From NCBI GenBank assembly GCA_018242585.1, contig JAFEBQ010000040.1:18090-82089 (forward strand): a stretch of 64,000 bases of DNA, given 5' to 3'. A model generated the notes under the pieces. The model saw nothing but the letters and a program-made list of their open reading frames with translations, did not search any database and was not told where the DNA came from. A program made the translations under genes and the position numbers. Positions 1-9,713 of the stretch are shown one piece after another. Numbering within the stretch: position 1 is the first letter of the stretch; each line of letters opens with the position of its first letter. This DNA comes from Planctomycetota bacterium. GTDB lineage: Bacteria; Planctomycetota; Planctomycetia; Pirellulales; PNKZ01.

Positions 1-2352
1 CGAGACCTGCGCTTCGACCCGCTCGGGACCACCGGCGAACTGGCCGCCGGGGCGGGGCAGTTCGGCATGACGTTCGACGACTATGGCCACCGGTTCATCG
101 TCAGCAACCGTAACCCGCTGATTCAGGTGGTGTTGGCCGAACAGTATTTACACCGCAACCCGCTGGCCACGATTGCCGCCGTGCAAACCGACGTGGCGGC
201 GTCGGGAGACGCCTCGCACATCTTCCCAATCAGCGAAACCTGGACTACGTCGATCAACCACGCGGGCCAGTTCACCGCCGCCTGCGGCATTTGCATCTTT
301 CGCGGCCATGCGCTGCCGGCCGAGTACTACGGCAATAGCTTCACCTGCGAGCCGACCGGCAACCTGATCCATCGTGAAACCATCGCGTCGAACGGCGCCA
401 CCTTCGTGGGCACGCCGGCCCGGAAGGATCGCGATTTTCTGACCACGCGCGACACCTGGTTCCGACCGGTGAATACCGAGACCGGGCCGGACGGCGCGTT
501 GTACATCGTCGATATGTACCGCGCGGTCATCGAACACCCGCAGTTCATGCCCGAGGAGTTGAAGAAGCGCCCCGACTTGCGCTACGGTGACGACCGCGGG
601 CGCATCTACCGAATTGTCAGCACGAAACCAGTCGCCAAGCCAGCGCAGCCGGCACTCGGCAAGGCGTCGTCGGCCGACCTGGTCGCGTACTTTGAACAGC
701 CCACCGCCTGGTGGCGCGAGACGGCGGCCCGGTTGTTGTATGAACGGCAAGATCAAATGGCCGTACCAGCTTTGCGCAAGATGGCCGCCTCGGGCAAAGC
801 GCCTGCCGCACGTGCCCAGGCCTTGTGGACGCTCGAAGGTTTGAAGTCGCTGCAAGCCGACGATGTGCAGCGAGCACTGGCCGATGCCGATGCGAACGTC
901 CGCGAACAGGCGCTGCGGTTGGCCGAATCACGTCTGGCCGACGTGGCGTCGCTCAAGACAGCGGCAGTAAAACTGTGTGACGACGCCGACGCGCGCGTTC
1001 GTTTTCAAGCGGCGCTCAGCCTAGGTGGCGTGACCGGCGACGACGTGAGCAGCGGGCTGGCCAAGGTCGCCGTCCGCGATGTCGAAGACGTCTGGGCGGG
1101 CCGAGCCGTGATGTGCGCGCGGCCGGAACATATGCCCACCGTGGCCTTGCGATTGATGGACTCGTTGCGCGCGACCGGTGGCGAAGCCTCGGAAGCGCAG
1201 TTGGCGTTACTCGAGAACGTGGTCCGCATGATCGGCGCCAGCCGCGACGCGGGACCGATTACCCAGGTGTTGCTGGCGGCGCGACAATCGACCGGCCCCA
1301 GCGCCACGCTGTTGCAACTGACCGCGTTCCAGGCCGTCGCCGCCGGAATGCGCAGCAAAGGGGGCAACCTATCGCAACTGGCCAAGTCAAGCGACTCGAG
1401 CGAAGTTAGCGCCCTGGTCGACCAGGTGACCGCCCAGGCGGTCGAAGCCGCCCAAAGCGAGAAAGCCTCGCTAGCGGTGCGACTCGAAGCCTGCGACGTA
1501 CTGCGATACGTCGCCTACGACACCGCCGCGCCGGTGTTGAAGACGCTGGCCGGAAGCGAGGCGTCGCAACCGTTGCGAGCCCGCGCCGCGTCGGTGCTGG
1601 CGACGTTCGCCGATCCGCGCGTCGGGCTGACGCTGCTCGAGCTGTTGCCGCGTCAATCGCCGTCGGTGCGCAACGTGCTGCTCGATGGGCTGATCGCCCG
1701 GCCGGAACGGATCGTGGCGCTGCTCGACGCCATCGAAGCCGGCAAGCTCAAGCCCGGCGAGTTGGGCGTGGCCCGCGCCACGCAACTTTCCAAGCTGGCC
1801 GATGTGAAGATTCGCGAACGGGCGACGAAGCTCTTGGCCTCGGCGCTGCCGGCCGATCGGACGAAGGTGCTCGATCAGTACCAGGCGGCGTTGAAGCTGG
1901 AAGCGGACCCGGTTCGTGGCAAGGAAGTCTTCCGCAAGAACTGCAGCACCTGTCACCGGCTGAGCGACGTCGGCATCGACGTCGGTCCCAGTCTGGGCTT
2001 CATGCCGGCCAAGTCGCAACTGCAAGTGTTGACCGACATTCTACAGCCCAACCGGGCAATCGATAACAACTTCGTCAGCTATACGTTGGTAACCACCGAT
2101 GGGCTGGCCTACACCGGGATCATTCTGGCCGAAACGCCCAGCTCGCTGACCATGCGCGTGCCCGAGGGAAAGACGCTGACTCTGTTGCGCGGCAACATCG
2201 ACGAGTTACAATCGAACGGCATCTCGCTGATGCCCGACGGCTTGGAAAAGAACATTTCGCTCCAGGAGATGGCCGATTGCATTTCGTTCGTGAAGAACTG
2301 GCGTTACGTCGACTCGAAAATGTCGGTTCGCGTGCCGACCGCCGGACAGTGA
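1..2352 (+). CDS. PVC-type heme-binding CxxCH protein (dehydrogenase-like propeller end, HEAT repeats, C-terminal cytochrome c domain); 5' end lies outside the window
   Basis: Frame 1 is open from nt 1. RDLRFDPLGTTGELAAGAGQFGMTFDDYGHRF matches RGRDFDFDPRTRDIRATSGGAQHGMSFDNFGTKF of the full-length paralog at 54229-57273. Shared motif FRPVNTETGPDGALYIVDMYRAVIEHPQFMPEE, HEAT-like repeats, and heme motif CSTCH near the C-terminus. Confidence 0.85.
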   Translation, partial: RDLRFDPLGTTGELAAGAGQFGMTFDDYGHRFIVSNRNPLIQVVLAEQYLHRNPLATIAAVQTDVAASGDASHIFPISETWTTSINHAGQFTAACGICIFRGHALPAEYYGNSFTCEPTGNLIHRETIASNGATFVGTPARKDRDFLTTRDTWFRPVNTETGPDGALYIVDMYRAVIEHPQFMPEELKKRPDLRYGDDRGRIYRIVSTKPVAKPAQPALGKASSADLVAYFEQPTAWWRETAARLLYERQDQMAVPALRKMAASGKAPAARAQALWTLEGLKSLQADDVQRALADADANVREQALRLAESRLADVASLKTAAVKLCDDADARVRFQAALSLGGVTGDDVSSGLAKVAVRDVEDVWAGRAVMCARPEHMPTVALRLMDSLRATGGEASEAQLALLENVVRMIGASRDAGPITQVLLAARQSTGPSATLLQLTAFQAVAAGMRSKGGNLSQLAKSSDSSEVSALVDQVTAQAVEAAQSEKASLAVRLEACDVLRYVAYDTAAPVLKTLAGSEASQPLRARAASVLATFADPRVGLTLLELLPRQSPSVRNVLLDGLIARPERIVALLDAIEAGKLKPGELGVARATQLSKLADVKIRERATKLLASALPADRTKVLDQYQAALKLEADPVRGKEVFRKNCSTCHRLSDVGIDVGPSLGFMPAKSQLQVLTDILQPNRAIDNNFVSYTLVTTDGLAYTGIILAETPSSLTMRVPEGKTLTLLRGNIDELQSNGISLMPDGLEKNISLQEMADCISFVKNWRYVDSKMSVRVPTAGQ

Positions 2353-2363
2353 AGTAGTACGCC

Positions 2364-5300
2364 ATGACGCAACACACTCACGATCAACGGTGGCGGCTAG
2401 CTATTCACGCAGTGCGCTGTGTGGCCGTGTGGAGTGCGCTCGCGGTCGGCGCAGCAACGATCGCAACCGTGACCTGGGCTGCCGAGCCGGCCAAGCCCGC
2501 GCCCAAGATTCCTCCCGAGCAGGAAGAGTTCTTCGAGAAGAAGATTCGCCCGCTCTTGAACGAAAAGTGCGTCAGTTGCCACGGTCCCAAGGAGCAAGAG
2601 GCGGAGCTCCGACTTGATTCGCGCGAGTTCCTGATGCGCGGGGCGGGCGGCGCGCCGGTGGCCGTGGCCGGCGAACCCGATCGCAGTCGTCTGATCCAGG
2701 TCACCCGCTACGACGGCGATGTGCAGATGCCCCCCGATGGCAAGCTACCCGCCGATGAATTGGCCGCCCTGACTACCTGGGTAAAAATGGGCATGCCCTG
2801 GCCGGCCAACGTCGCCGCCGATCAAAGCACCACCCCGGCCGCGCACGAGCCCCGCGACAGCTACGAAGAAAAACGTCGCACCCACTGGGCCTATCAACCA
2901 GTCAAGAAGCCCGAGTTGCCGAAAGTCAGCAACGAAGCCTGGTGCCGCACGCCGGTCGATCGCTTCATTTTGGCCGAACTCGACGCGCACCAGCTTGCGC
3001 CGTCACCCGCCGCCGATCGTCGCACGCTGTTGCGGCGCGTGACGTTCGACCTGACCGGCTTGCCGCCGACTTATGAAGAAATGGAAGCCTTTGCCGCCGA
3101 CAAATCGCCCGACGCCTTTGCCAAGGTGGTCGAGCGGCTGTTGGCGTCGCCCGCCTATGGCGAGCGCTGGGCGCGGCACTGGCTGGACGTGGCCCGCTAC
3201 TCGGACACCAAGGGCTACGTCTTCACCGAAGAGCGCCGCTACCCGTATGCATATACCTATCGCGACTATGTCATCAATGCATTCAATCGCGACCTGCCGT
3301 ACGACCGCTTTGTCCAAGAACAGCTCGCGGCCGACCTGTTGCCCGACCCGCGCGAGCCACAAGCGCTGGCCGCGCTCGGCTTCTTAACCGTCGGTCGGCG
3401 CTTCTCGAACAACACGGCCGACATCATCGACGACCGGATCGACGTCGTCTCGCGCGGCTTGCTGGGCATGACGGTCGGTTGTGCTCGCTGCCACGATCAC
3501 AAGTACGACCCCATTCCGACCGACGACTACTATTCGATGTATGGCGTGTTTGCCAGTTGCGTCGAGCCGAAAGACTTGCCGCAAATCGGCGAATCCGAGG
3601 ACGGGCCGGCTTACCAGAAGTTCCAAACCGAACTCGCGACCCGCGAAAAGGACGCACGCGACTACCTGGAAAAAGCCCGCGTCGGCCTCGAACAAGAAGT
3701 TCGCGCACGCGTCGGCGACTACCTGGCCCAAGTGCTGATCGAACGTCTGAAATCGCGCAAGGACAAGAACGCCGAAGACGATTTCATGTTCTCGTTCCGG
3801 CAAGGGGAGCCCCGGGCGCCAATCGTCCGCCGCTGGCGCGATTTTCTGGCCAAGCATGGCAAGCCGTTCGATTCGGCGTTTGCCCTCTGGCATGAATGCT
3901 CGAAGCTCACCGAAGCCGGCCAGGACTTCGACCGCGAAGTCGACAAGATCGTCGAGCGGCTCAAGCAGAACGAGACCGAAGCCAAGGCCAAGCACAACCG
4001 CATTCTGCTCACGGCGTTCCTGGCCGCGCCGCCGCGCTCGATGAACGATCTGATCGCGATCTACCAGCAGGCCCTGACCGACGTCGACAAGCAATGGACC
4101 GAGCTGCAAGCCAAGCCGGTCGAAGGCCAAGATGCCAAGCGCCCCGAAAAGCTCGACGACCCGGCGGCCGAGCAACTGCGCCAGGTCTTCTATGGCGACA
4201 AATCACCTGTCCGCGTGTCGGAAGGGGAGATTCGCGGCTTGCTCGATCGCAAGACACGCGACACGTACACTCAGCTCGAACGCAAGATCGAGAACCTCAA
4301 GGCCACGTCGCCGGCCGCGCCGCCGCGCGCGATGGTCCTGAACGACGCGCCACAGCCCAACAATCCCGTGGTCTTCATTCGCGGCAATCCGGGCCGGCGC
4401 GGCAAGCAAGTGCCGCGCCAGTTTTACGAAGCCGCCTCGCCGTCGGGGCGACAGCCCTTCACGCGCGGCAGCGGCCGGCTCGAACTGGCCCAAGCGATCA
4501 CCAGCCGCGACAACCCGCTGACCGCGCGCGTGATGGCCAACCGCGTCTGGTTGCACCACTTCGGCACCGGCATCGTCCCAGGCCCCAGCGACTTTGGCAC
4601 GCGCAGCGACCCGCCGTCTCACCCGGCGTTGCTCGACTGGCTGGCCTCGCAATTCATGGAACAAGGCTGGAGCGTCAAGCAACTGCACCGGCTGATGGTC
4701 CTCTCGGCCACGTATCAGCAAGCGAGCCACGTCGAGCCAGGGCGCGCCAAGATCGATCCCGATAACCACTGGTACTGGCGGATGAACCGCCAGCGATTGG
4801 AGTTCGAGCCGCTGCGCGATTCGCTCCTGTCGGTGGCGGGCGTGTTGGAAACTCGCGTCGGTGGCCGCCCCGTCGAGCTGTTCAAGTCGCCGTACTCGGC
4901 ACGCCGCACGGTCTATGGGCTGGTCGATCGGCAAGACATGCCGAACGCGCTGCAGATTTTCGACTTTGCCAACCCCGACGTTAGCAACGATCAGCGCCCG
5001 CGCACCACGGTGCCGCAACAAGCGTTGTGGATGATGAACTCGCCGCTGGTCATTGACCAGGCCAGCAAGCTGGCCGCCCGCGCTTTGAAGGGCAAGCCGG
5101 ACGATGTGAAGACGCGCGTGACGGCGTTGTTCCGCCTGGCCCTGGCGCGCGATCCCCAGCCCGAGGAACTGGAACTGGCCCGACGGTACATCGAGAACCC
5201 GAAGTCCAAGTCGGACACCACGGCCACCTGGCAATATGGTTACGCCGGCATTGATGAAGAAGCCAAGAAAGTTGTCGGCTTCACGACGATATCTCACTGG

Positions 5301-5801
5301 ACGGGCAAGGAATGGAACGGCGGGCCGAAGTTTCCCGACCCCAAGCTTGGCCATTTGAAGATCGGGCCGACGGGCGGACACCCGGGTTCCAGTCGCGACG
5401 TTTCCGCGGTCATTCGCTGGACCGCACCCGAAGCGGGTCAGGTCAAGTTCCTGGGCCGGCTCAAGCACCCCAGCGACCAGGGGGACGGCGTCGAGTTGAT
5501 CGTCGTGTCGAGTCGCCAGGGAATCCTCAACCGCTGGACCGCGCAGAACAAAACGGTTGGCGCGACGATCGACAAGATCGATGTCCAACCGGGCGAGGTG
5601 ATCGACTTGCTGGTCCAGTGCCGCGAGAGCGGCTCGTTTGACAGCTATGAGTTCTTGCCCCGGTTCGAGTCGCTGGGCACGGATCGTCGCATCTGGGACG
5701 CGGCGAAAGATTTTCACGGCCCGCTGCCGCGCCCGCTCAGTCCTTGGGAAACGCTGGCCCAGATTCTGCTCGACACCAACGAGTTCATGTTCATCGACTA
5801 A
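2364..5801 (+). CDS. PSCyt1/PSCyt2/PSD1 (DUF1549/DUF1553) planctomycete cytochrome-c-motif protein
   Basis: N-terminal signal peptide. Motifs: CVSCHGPKEQEAELRLDS; DRFILAELD...RRTLLRRVTFDLTGLPPT (DUF1549-like); GCARCHDHKYDPIPTDDYY; NRVWLHHFGTGIV (DUF1553-like). Starts 11 nt after the upstream gene. Confidence 0.9.
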   Translation: MTQHTHDQRWRLAIHAVRCVAVWSALAVGAATIATVTWAAEPAKPAPKIPPEQEEFFEKKIRPLLNEKCVSCHGPKEQEAELRLDSREFLMRGAGGAPVAVAGEPDRSRLIQVTRYDGDVQMPPDGKLPADELAALTTWVKMGMPWPANVAADQSTTPAAHEPRDSYEEKRRTHWAYQPVKKPELPKVSNEAWCRTPVDRFILAELDAHQLAPSPAADRRTLLRRVTFDLTGLPPTYEEMEAFAADKSPDAFAKVVERLLASPAYGERWARHWLDVARYSDTKGYVFTEERRYPYAYTYRDYVINAFNRDLPYDRFVQEQLAADLLPDPREPQALAALGFLTVGRRFSNNTADIIDDRIDVVSRGLLGMTVGCARCHDHKYDPIPTDDYYSMYGVFASCVEPKDLPQIGESEDGPAYQKFQTELATREKDARDYLEKARVGLEQEVRARVGDYLAQVLIERLKSRKDKNAEDDFMFSFRQGEPRAPIVRRWRDFLAKHGKPFDSAFALWHECSKLTEAGQDFDREVDKIVERLKQNETEAKAKHNRILLTAFLAAPPRSMNDLIAIYQQALTDVDKQWTELQAKPVEGQDAKRPEKLDDPAAEQLRQVFYGDKSPVRVSEGEIRGLLDRKTRDTYTQLERKIENLKATSPAAPPRAMVLNDAPQPNNPVVFIRGNPGRRGKQVPRQFYEAASPSGRQPFTRGSGRLELAQAITSRDNPLTARVMANRVWLHHFGTGIVPGPSDFGTRSDPPSHPALLDWLASQFMEQGWSVKQLHRLMVLSATYQQASHVEPGRAKIDPDNHWYWRMNRQRLEFEPLRDSLLSVAGVLETRVGGRPVELFKSPYSARRTVYGLVDRQDMPNALQIFDFANPDVSNDQRPRTTVPQQALWMMNSPLVIDQASKLAARALKGKPDDVKTRVTALFRLALARDPQPEELELARRYIENPKSKSDTTATWQYGYAGIDEEAKKVVGFTTISHWTGKEWNGGPKFPDPKLGHLKIGPTGGHPGSSRDVSAVIRWTAPEAGQVKFLGRLKHPSDQGDGVELIVVSSRQGILNRWTAQNKTVGATIDKIDVQPGEVIDLLVQCRESGSFDSYEFLPRFESLGTDRRIWDAAKDFHGPLPRPLSPWETLAQILLDTNEFMFID

Positions 5802-5834
5802 GTCGTTTGCCGTCCCGCAAGGAGCCACGCGCTC

Positions 5835-7298
5835 ATGTCACACCACTGCAATCACGATCCCACCGACGGCGACGCGACGATCTCGCGGCGGCAACTGCTG
5901 CGTCGCGCCGGCATGGGACTGGGCGTGCTCGGCTTGGCCGGCGTGCTGAACGACGATCGGTTGCTGTCGTCGGCCTCGGCCGCCCCGGCGGGTTATGTCA
6001 ATCCGATGGCGCCCAAGCCGCCCCACTTCGCGGCCAAGGCCAAGTACGTCATCCACTTGTTCATGAACGGCGGCGCCAGCCACGTCGACACGTTCGATCC
6101 CAAGCCGGCGCTCGAGAAATACGCCGGCAAGGAATTGCCCAGCACGCTGCGAACCGAGCGCAAAACTGGCGCCGCGCTCCCCTCGCCATTCAAGTTCCAG
6201 AAGTACGGCCAGAGCGGCATCGAAGTCAGCGAGCTGTTCGCCCACACGGCCAAGCACATCGACGACTTGTGCGTCATTCGTTCGATGTTCGCTGACGTGC
6301 CGAATCACGAACCATCGCTCATGTTAATGAACTCGGGCGATGGCCGGCTGACACGGCCGACGATGGGCTCGTGGCTGACCTATGGACTGGGGACCGAGAA
6401 TCAAAACCTGCCCGGCTTCGTGGCCATGTGTCCGAACGGCTATCCGACCAAGGGGACCGAGAACTGGCGTTCGGCGTTTCTGCCGGGCATCTATCAAGGG
6501 ACCTACATCGACACTCAGCACACGGCCATCGAGAAGCTGATCGAGAACATCCGCAACGATCGCGTCTCGACCGGTGCTCAGCGGACCGAGTTGGACCTGC
6601 TGGCGCAATTCAACGAGCGGCACCTGGCCGCGCGCGAGCGCGACCCGGTGCTCGAGGCCCGCATCCACAGCTACGAGCTGGCTTTCCGTATGCAGCGCGA
6701 AGCCGCCGAGGCGTTCGACGTCTCGCGCGAGCCGCAACACGTGCTCGACATGTACGGCCCCGGCGTCCAAGCACGGCAGATTCTGATCGCCCGCCGGCTG
6801 GTCGAGCGCGGCGTCCGCTACGTCCAGGTCTACCACGGCGCGGGCCAACCCTGGGACAGCCACGACGACATCGAAAAGAACCACCGCCGATTGGCCAAGG
6901 AATGTGACCAGGCGATCGGCGCCCTGATTGCCGACCTGAAGCAGAAGGGCCTGTTCGACGAGACGTTGATCCTCTGGTGCGGCGAGTTCGGCCGCACGCC
7001 GACGGTCGAACTGCCCCAACCCGGCGCGAATGCCGGCAAGATCAACGGCCGCGACCATAACCATTATGGTTTCTCGGCCTGGCTGGCCGGCGGCGGCGTG
7101 AAGGGGGGACAGGTGATCGGCGCGACCGACGACTTCGGCTTCCAGGCGGTCGAGAACCGCGTGCACGTCCACGATCTGCACGCCACGATGCTGCACCTGC
7201 TGGGCTTCGATCACACCAAGCTCACCTATCGTTACGCCGGGCGCGATTTCCGTTTGACCGACGTGCATGGCAACCTGGTCAAGAGCGTCTTCGCCTAG
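5835..7298 (+). CDS. DUF1501 (sulfatase-like fold) protein with Tat-type signal
   Basis: Twin-arginine region SRRQLLRRAGMGLGVLGLAG. Conserved GRDHNHYGF and WCGEFGRTP motifs. Sits directly downstream of a DUF1549/DUF1553 gene, the usual pairing. Confidence 0.9.
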   Translation: MSHHCNHDPTDGDATISRRQLLRRAGMGLGVLGLAGVLNDDRLLSSASAAPAGYVNPMAPKPPHFAAKAKYVIHLFMNGGASHVDTFDPKPALEKYAGKELPSTLRTERKTGAALPSPFKFQKYGQSGIEVSELFAHTAKHIDDLCVIRSMFADVPNHEPSLMLMNSGDGRLTRPTMGSWLTYGLGTENQNLPGFVAMCPNGYPTKGTENWRSAFLPGIYQGTYIDTQHTAIEKLIENIRNDRVSTGAQRTELDLLAQFNERHLAARERDPVLEARIHSYELAFRMQREAAEAFDVSREPQHVLDMYGPGVQARQILIARRLVERGVRYVQVYHGAGQPWDSHDDIEKNHRRLAKECDQAIGALIADLKQKGLFDETLILWCGEFGRTPTVELPQPGANAGKINGRDHNHYGFSAWLAGGGVKGGQVIGATDDFGFQAVENRVHVHDLHATMLHLLGFDHTKLTYRYAGRDFRLTDVHGNLVKSVFA

Positions 7299-7310
7299 CG
7301 GACCTACGAT

Positions 7311-9149
7311 ATGCGGCGGATCGTTCGCGCTGGCTGGTTCATGTTGGTCGCGGTCGCCTGCGCCGCTGTATTTGGCGCATCATCGACTTGCGCGGCCGCC
7401 GATCCGGCGCGCTATGTTGCCGGCTGGCTCGACGGCACGACGACCACCGGCGGCGAAGTTCGCGACTGGGGGAACTCCGACGGCCATCCCGAGTTGGCCG
7501 GCCGCCGCCTGTTCGAGGGCGCGCCGGCCTTGCGCTGGCTGCGTGATACGCAGTTGCTCCCCGCCGCGCAGCCCACGGCTTTCGTCGAGTTCTTCGGCGG
7601 CGACACCTTGCCCGGTAAAGTGACCGGCTTTCAGTCGGCCGTCGAGCTGCCCCAGATTCCTGAGCCGGCGTGCCTGCTGGTCGAAACGCCTCAACCCTGG
7701 CTCGTGGCCGCCGAGCCGCGCGCCCTGCGCGTTTGGCCCGACGAGATTCGCCGCGTGGTCTGGCAGCGTCGCTCGGCCAACCACTATCAACCGGCCACGC
7801 TCTTCTATCGCGACGGCCGCCGGCAACCGTTCCGCTCGCTGCGCTGGGCCGACACCGGCGTGCGCTTGCTCTTGGACCAGGGAACGTCGCTGGTGCCGTG
7901 GGAGCAGATTGCCGAGCTGCACTTGCCCGCGCGCCCTGCTTGGAGCAGTTGGCTCGACGCGCTCGCTCACTTGTCGCCCAACGTGCAATCGCGGCTGGTG
8001 CAGCTCGAAACGATCGACGGCCTGCGCCTGACGACCAGCATCGAGCGCTACCGCGCCCAAGCAATGCGCGACGCCAACAAGCCCGACAACTGGCAACACT
8101 TCGTGCAACCGGCTTGGAGTCCCGATCGGCTGCTCGTGCCACACACCAAGATTCGGCTGCGCGTCTGGTTCGAGCCACACGAAGCTCCTCTTTCTTCGCT
8201 CGAACCGGCGGCGCACCGCGCCCGGCACACCCTGGGCGGCGCGTGGCGCGAGCCGCGGACCGACGCCAACGTGCAAGGGACGGCCATGCGCTGCGGCGGG
8301 CGGTTGGCGGCTTGGGGTTGGGGCGTTCAGGCGCACGATGAGCTGCTGTTCGAGCTGCCGCCGGTGGCCGCCACGTTCCGCACCCAGTTCGGGCTCGACG
8401 ACCTGGTCGGCACAGGCGGCTACGCGCGCGGCCGGGTGACGCTCACGACGGCAAATGCTTCGGCCGGCGCGCGGCCCACCGTCTTGTTCGAGACGCCGAT
8501 CCGTCAGGGGGCCGGCGCGGCCGAAGCGACCTCGCCAATCCCTCTCACGCCGGCTTCGTCGACGACAAGCGTCGAGCAACGCTTGGCCCTGGTGGTGGAC
8601 AGCTTGGATCAGCCCGGCGTGCGCGGGGCCGACCCGCTCGACGTGCGCGACGTTTGGAACTGGTTCGAGCCGCTGGTCGAATTGGACCGCGCGGCTTTGA
8701 CGCAGCTGGTGGCCAAGCACGCGATCGAAACGATCCCCGGCCTGTCGTCCTGGCTCGGCGACACGCCCGAGAAGCGGGTCGATGTCGTGCAGCGCCTGGC
8801 TCCCACGCCCGACGGCGGCCGGACGTTCCGCGTCTGTTTCATCCCGCGCGAAGGATCATTGAAGTTCAGCCGCAAGCTGACGATCACGGCCGAGCGGCCG
8901 AGCCTGTGCCTGCTATTGTCTCATCCCGAAGCGCCGGTCGAGCGCTCGTCGCGATTGATTGTGCGCGTGGAAGACCGGCAACTCTACGACGGCGACGTGC
9001 CCGTCTGGCGCGAAGGCCGCCTGCCGCTACCGGTGAAGATCGCCCTCAACGACTTCACCAGCCGCGACGTCCGAGTCGAAGTGACAATCACGTCACCCGC
9101 ACGCCCAGCAGCAATCGTCTGGCATGGCGTCGAGATGATCACGAAATAA
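7311..9149 (+). CDS. Hypothetical secreted protein, last gene of the four-gene cluster
   Basis: 612-aa ORF starting 12 nt after the DUF1501 stop. Signal-peptide-like N-terminus MRRIVRAGWFMLVAVACAAVFGASSTCAAA. No recognisable catalytic motif. Confidence 0.6.
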   Translation: MRRIVRAGWFMLVAVACAAVFGASSTCAAADPARYVAGWLDGTTTTGGEVRDWGNSDGHPELAGRRLFEGAPALRWLRDTQLLPAAQPTAFVEFFGGDTLPGKVTGFQSAVELPQIPEPACLLVETPQPWLVAAEPRALRVWPDEIRRVVWQRRSANHYQPATLFYRDGRRQPFRSLRWADTGVRLLLDQGTSLVPWEQIAELHLPARPAWSSWLDALAHLSPNVQSRLVQLETIDGLRLTTSIERYRAQAMRDANKPDNWQHFVQPAWSPDRLLVPHTKIRLRVWFEPHEAPLSSLEPAAHRARHTLGGAWREPRTDANVQGTAMRCGGRLAAWGWGVQAHDELLFELPPVAATFRTQFGLDDLVGTGGYARGRVTLTTANASAGARPTVLFETPIRQGAGAAEATSPIPLTPASSTTSVEQRLALVVDSLDQPGVRGADPLDVRDVWNWFEPLVELDRAALTQLVAKHAIETIPGLSSWLGDTPEKRVDVVQRLAPTPDGGRTFRVCFIPREGSLKFSRKLTITAERPSLCLLLSHPEAPVERSSRLIVRVEDRQLYDGDVPVWREGRLPLPVKIALNDFTSRDVRVEVTITSPARPAAIVWHGVEMITK

Positions 9150-9160
9150 AAGTTTGGGTA

Positions 9161-9184
9161 ACACCGACAACTAGTTGTCGGTGT
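9161..9184 (+). terminator. Perfect hairpin 12 nt after the operon's last stop codon (no T-tract)
   Basis: ACACCGACAA-CTAG-TTGTCGGTGT forms a 10-bp perfect stem (12 bp if the palindromic loop pairs). It is not followed by a U-run, so intrinsic-terminator function is uncertain. Confidence 0.35.
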
Positions 9185-9350
9185 CGCGCAGCGACAAGAG
9201 GGCAATGGGAAACGCCTCGATCCCTCTTGAGGCTGCGCATCTCGAAAAACAAGTTGTTGGGCCACGCGTCACGAATGCGTGACATCTGTTTACGGGTTGG
9301 GTATTGTTTGTAGCCAGTGATACATCAATACCGCAACATGGAGCGATACG

Positions 9351-9521
9351 ATGGCTGACTTTATTTGCCACGGCTGTAACCGCAAGAAGTCGCAAAGCCA
9401 AGTTTACGAATGCAGTAAATGCAAGAAGATATTGTGTTTTTCCTGCAAGGGGCACGTCGCTCGATGCAAAGATTCAAAGATGGGCACGGCAGGCTGTGAT
9501 GGCTGGTTGAAGCAACGCTGA
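9351..9521 (+). CDS. 56-aa Cys-rich zinc-finger-like miniprotein (not in the ORF track)
   Basis: Translation by hand: MADFICHGCNRKKSQSQVYECSKCKKILCFSCKGHVARCKDSKMGTAGCDGWLKQR, stop TGA at 9519-9521. GGAG at 9340-9343 lies 7 nt upstream of the ATG. Ligand spacing is C-x2-C-x11-C-x2-C-x4-C-x2-C-x2-H-x3-C. Located in the lower-GC islet. Confidence 0.5.
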   Translation: MADFICHGCNRKKSQSQVYECSKCKKILCFSCKGHVARCKDSKMGTAGCDGWLKQR

Positions 9522-9713
9522 GGCAAGGCCAAAGCGTTACAACTCGCAGATTCTTTGCATGCCGAGCGAATGGACTAAGTGCAGTTTTGCGAGCTGAATC
9601 AACTAGCACCATCTTTCGTTCTTTTGTCGGCTGCGCTGCATCTAAACGCGTAGGCCGCACTTACGCAGCTAATTGGATGCGATTCGACATTAAGTGAGTA
9701 ACTGAGGCATTCC

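Noticed and set aside
4203-5828. 541-aa minus-strand ORF
   Set aside because: It is entirely antisense to the well-supported DUF1549/1553 gene. Its Arg/Ala/Gly/Pro-rich composition is typical of shadow ORFs in high-GC DNA. It has no motifs.
7380-8720. 446-aa minus-strand ORF (and 7339-8178, 279 aa)
   Set aside because: It is antisense to the operonic 612-aa gene and has an Arg/Ala-rich shadow composition.
9304-9510. 68-aa plus-strand track ORF in the islet
   Set aside because: It is an alternative frame overlapping the 56-aa Cys-rich ORF. It has no Shine-Dalgarno and no motif, so the 9351-9521 frame is preferred.
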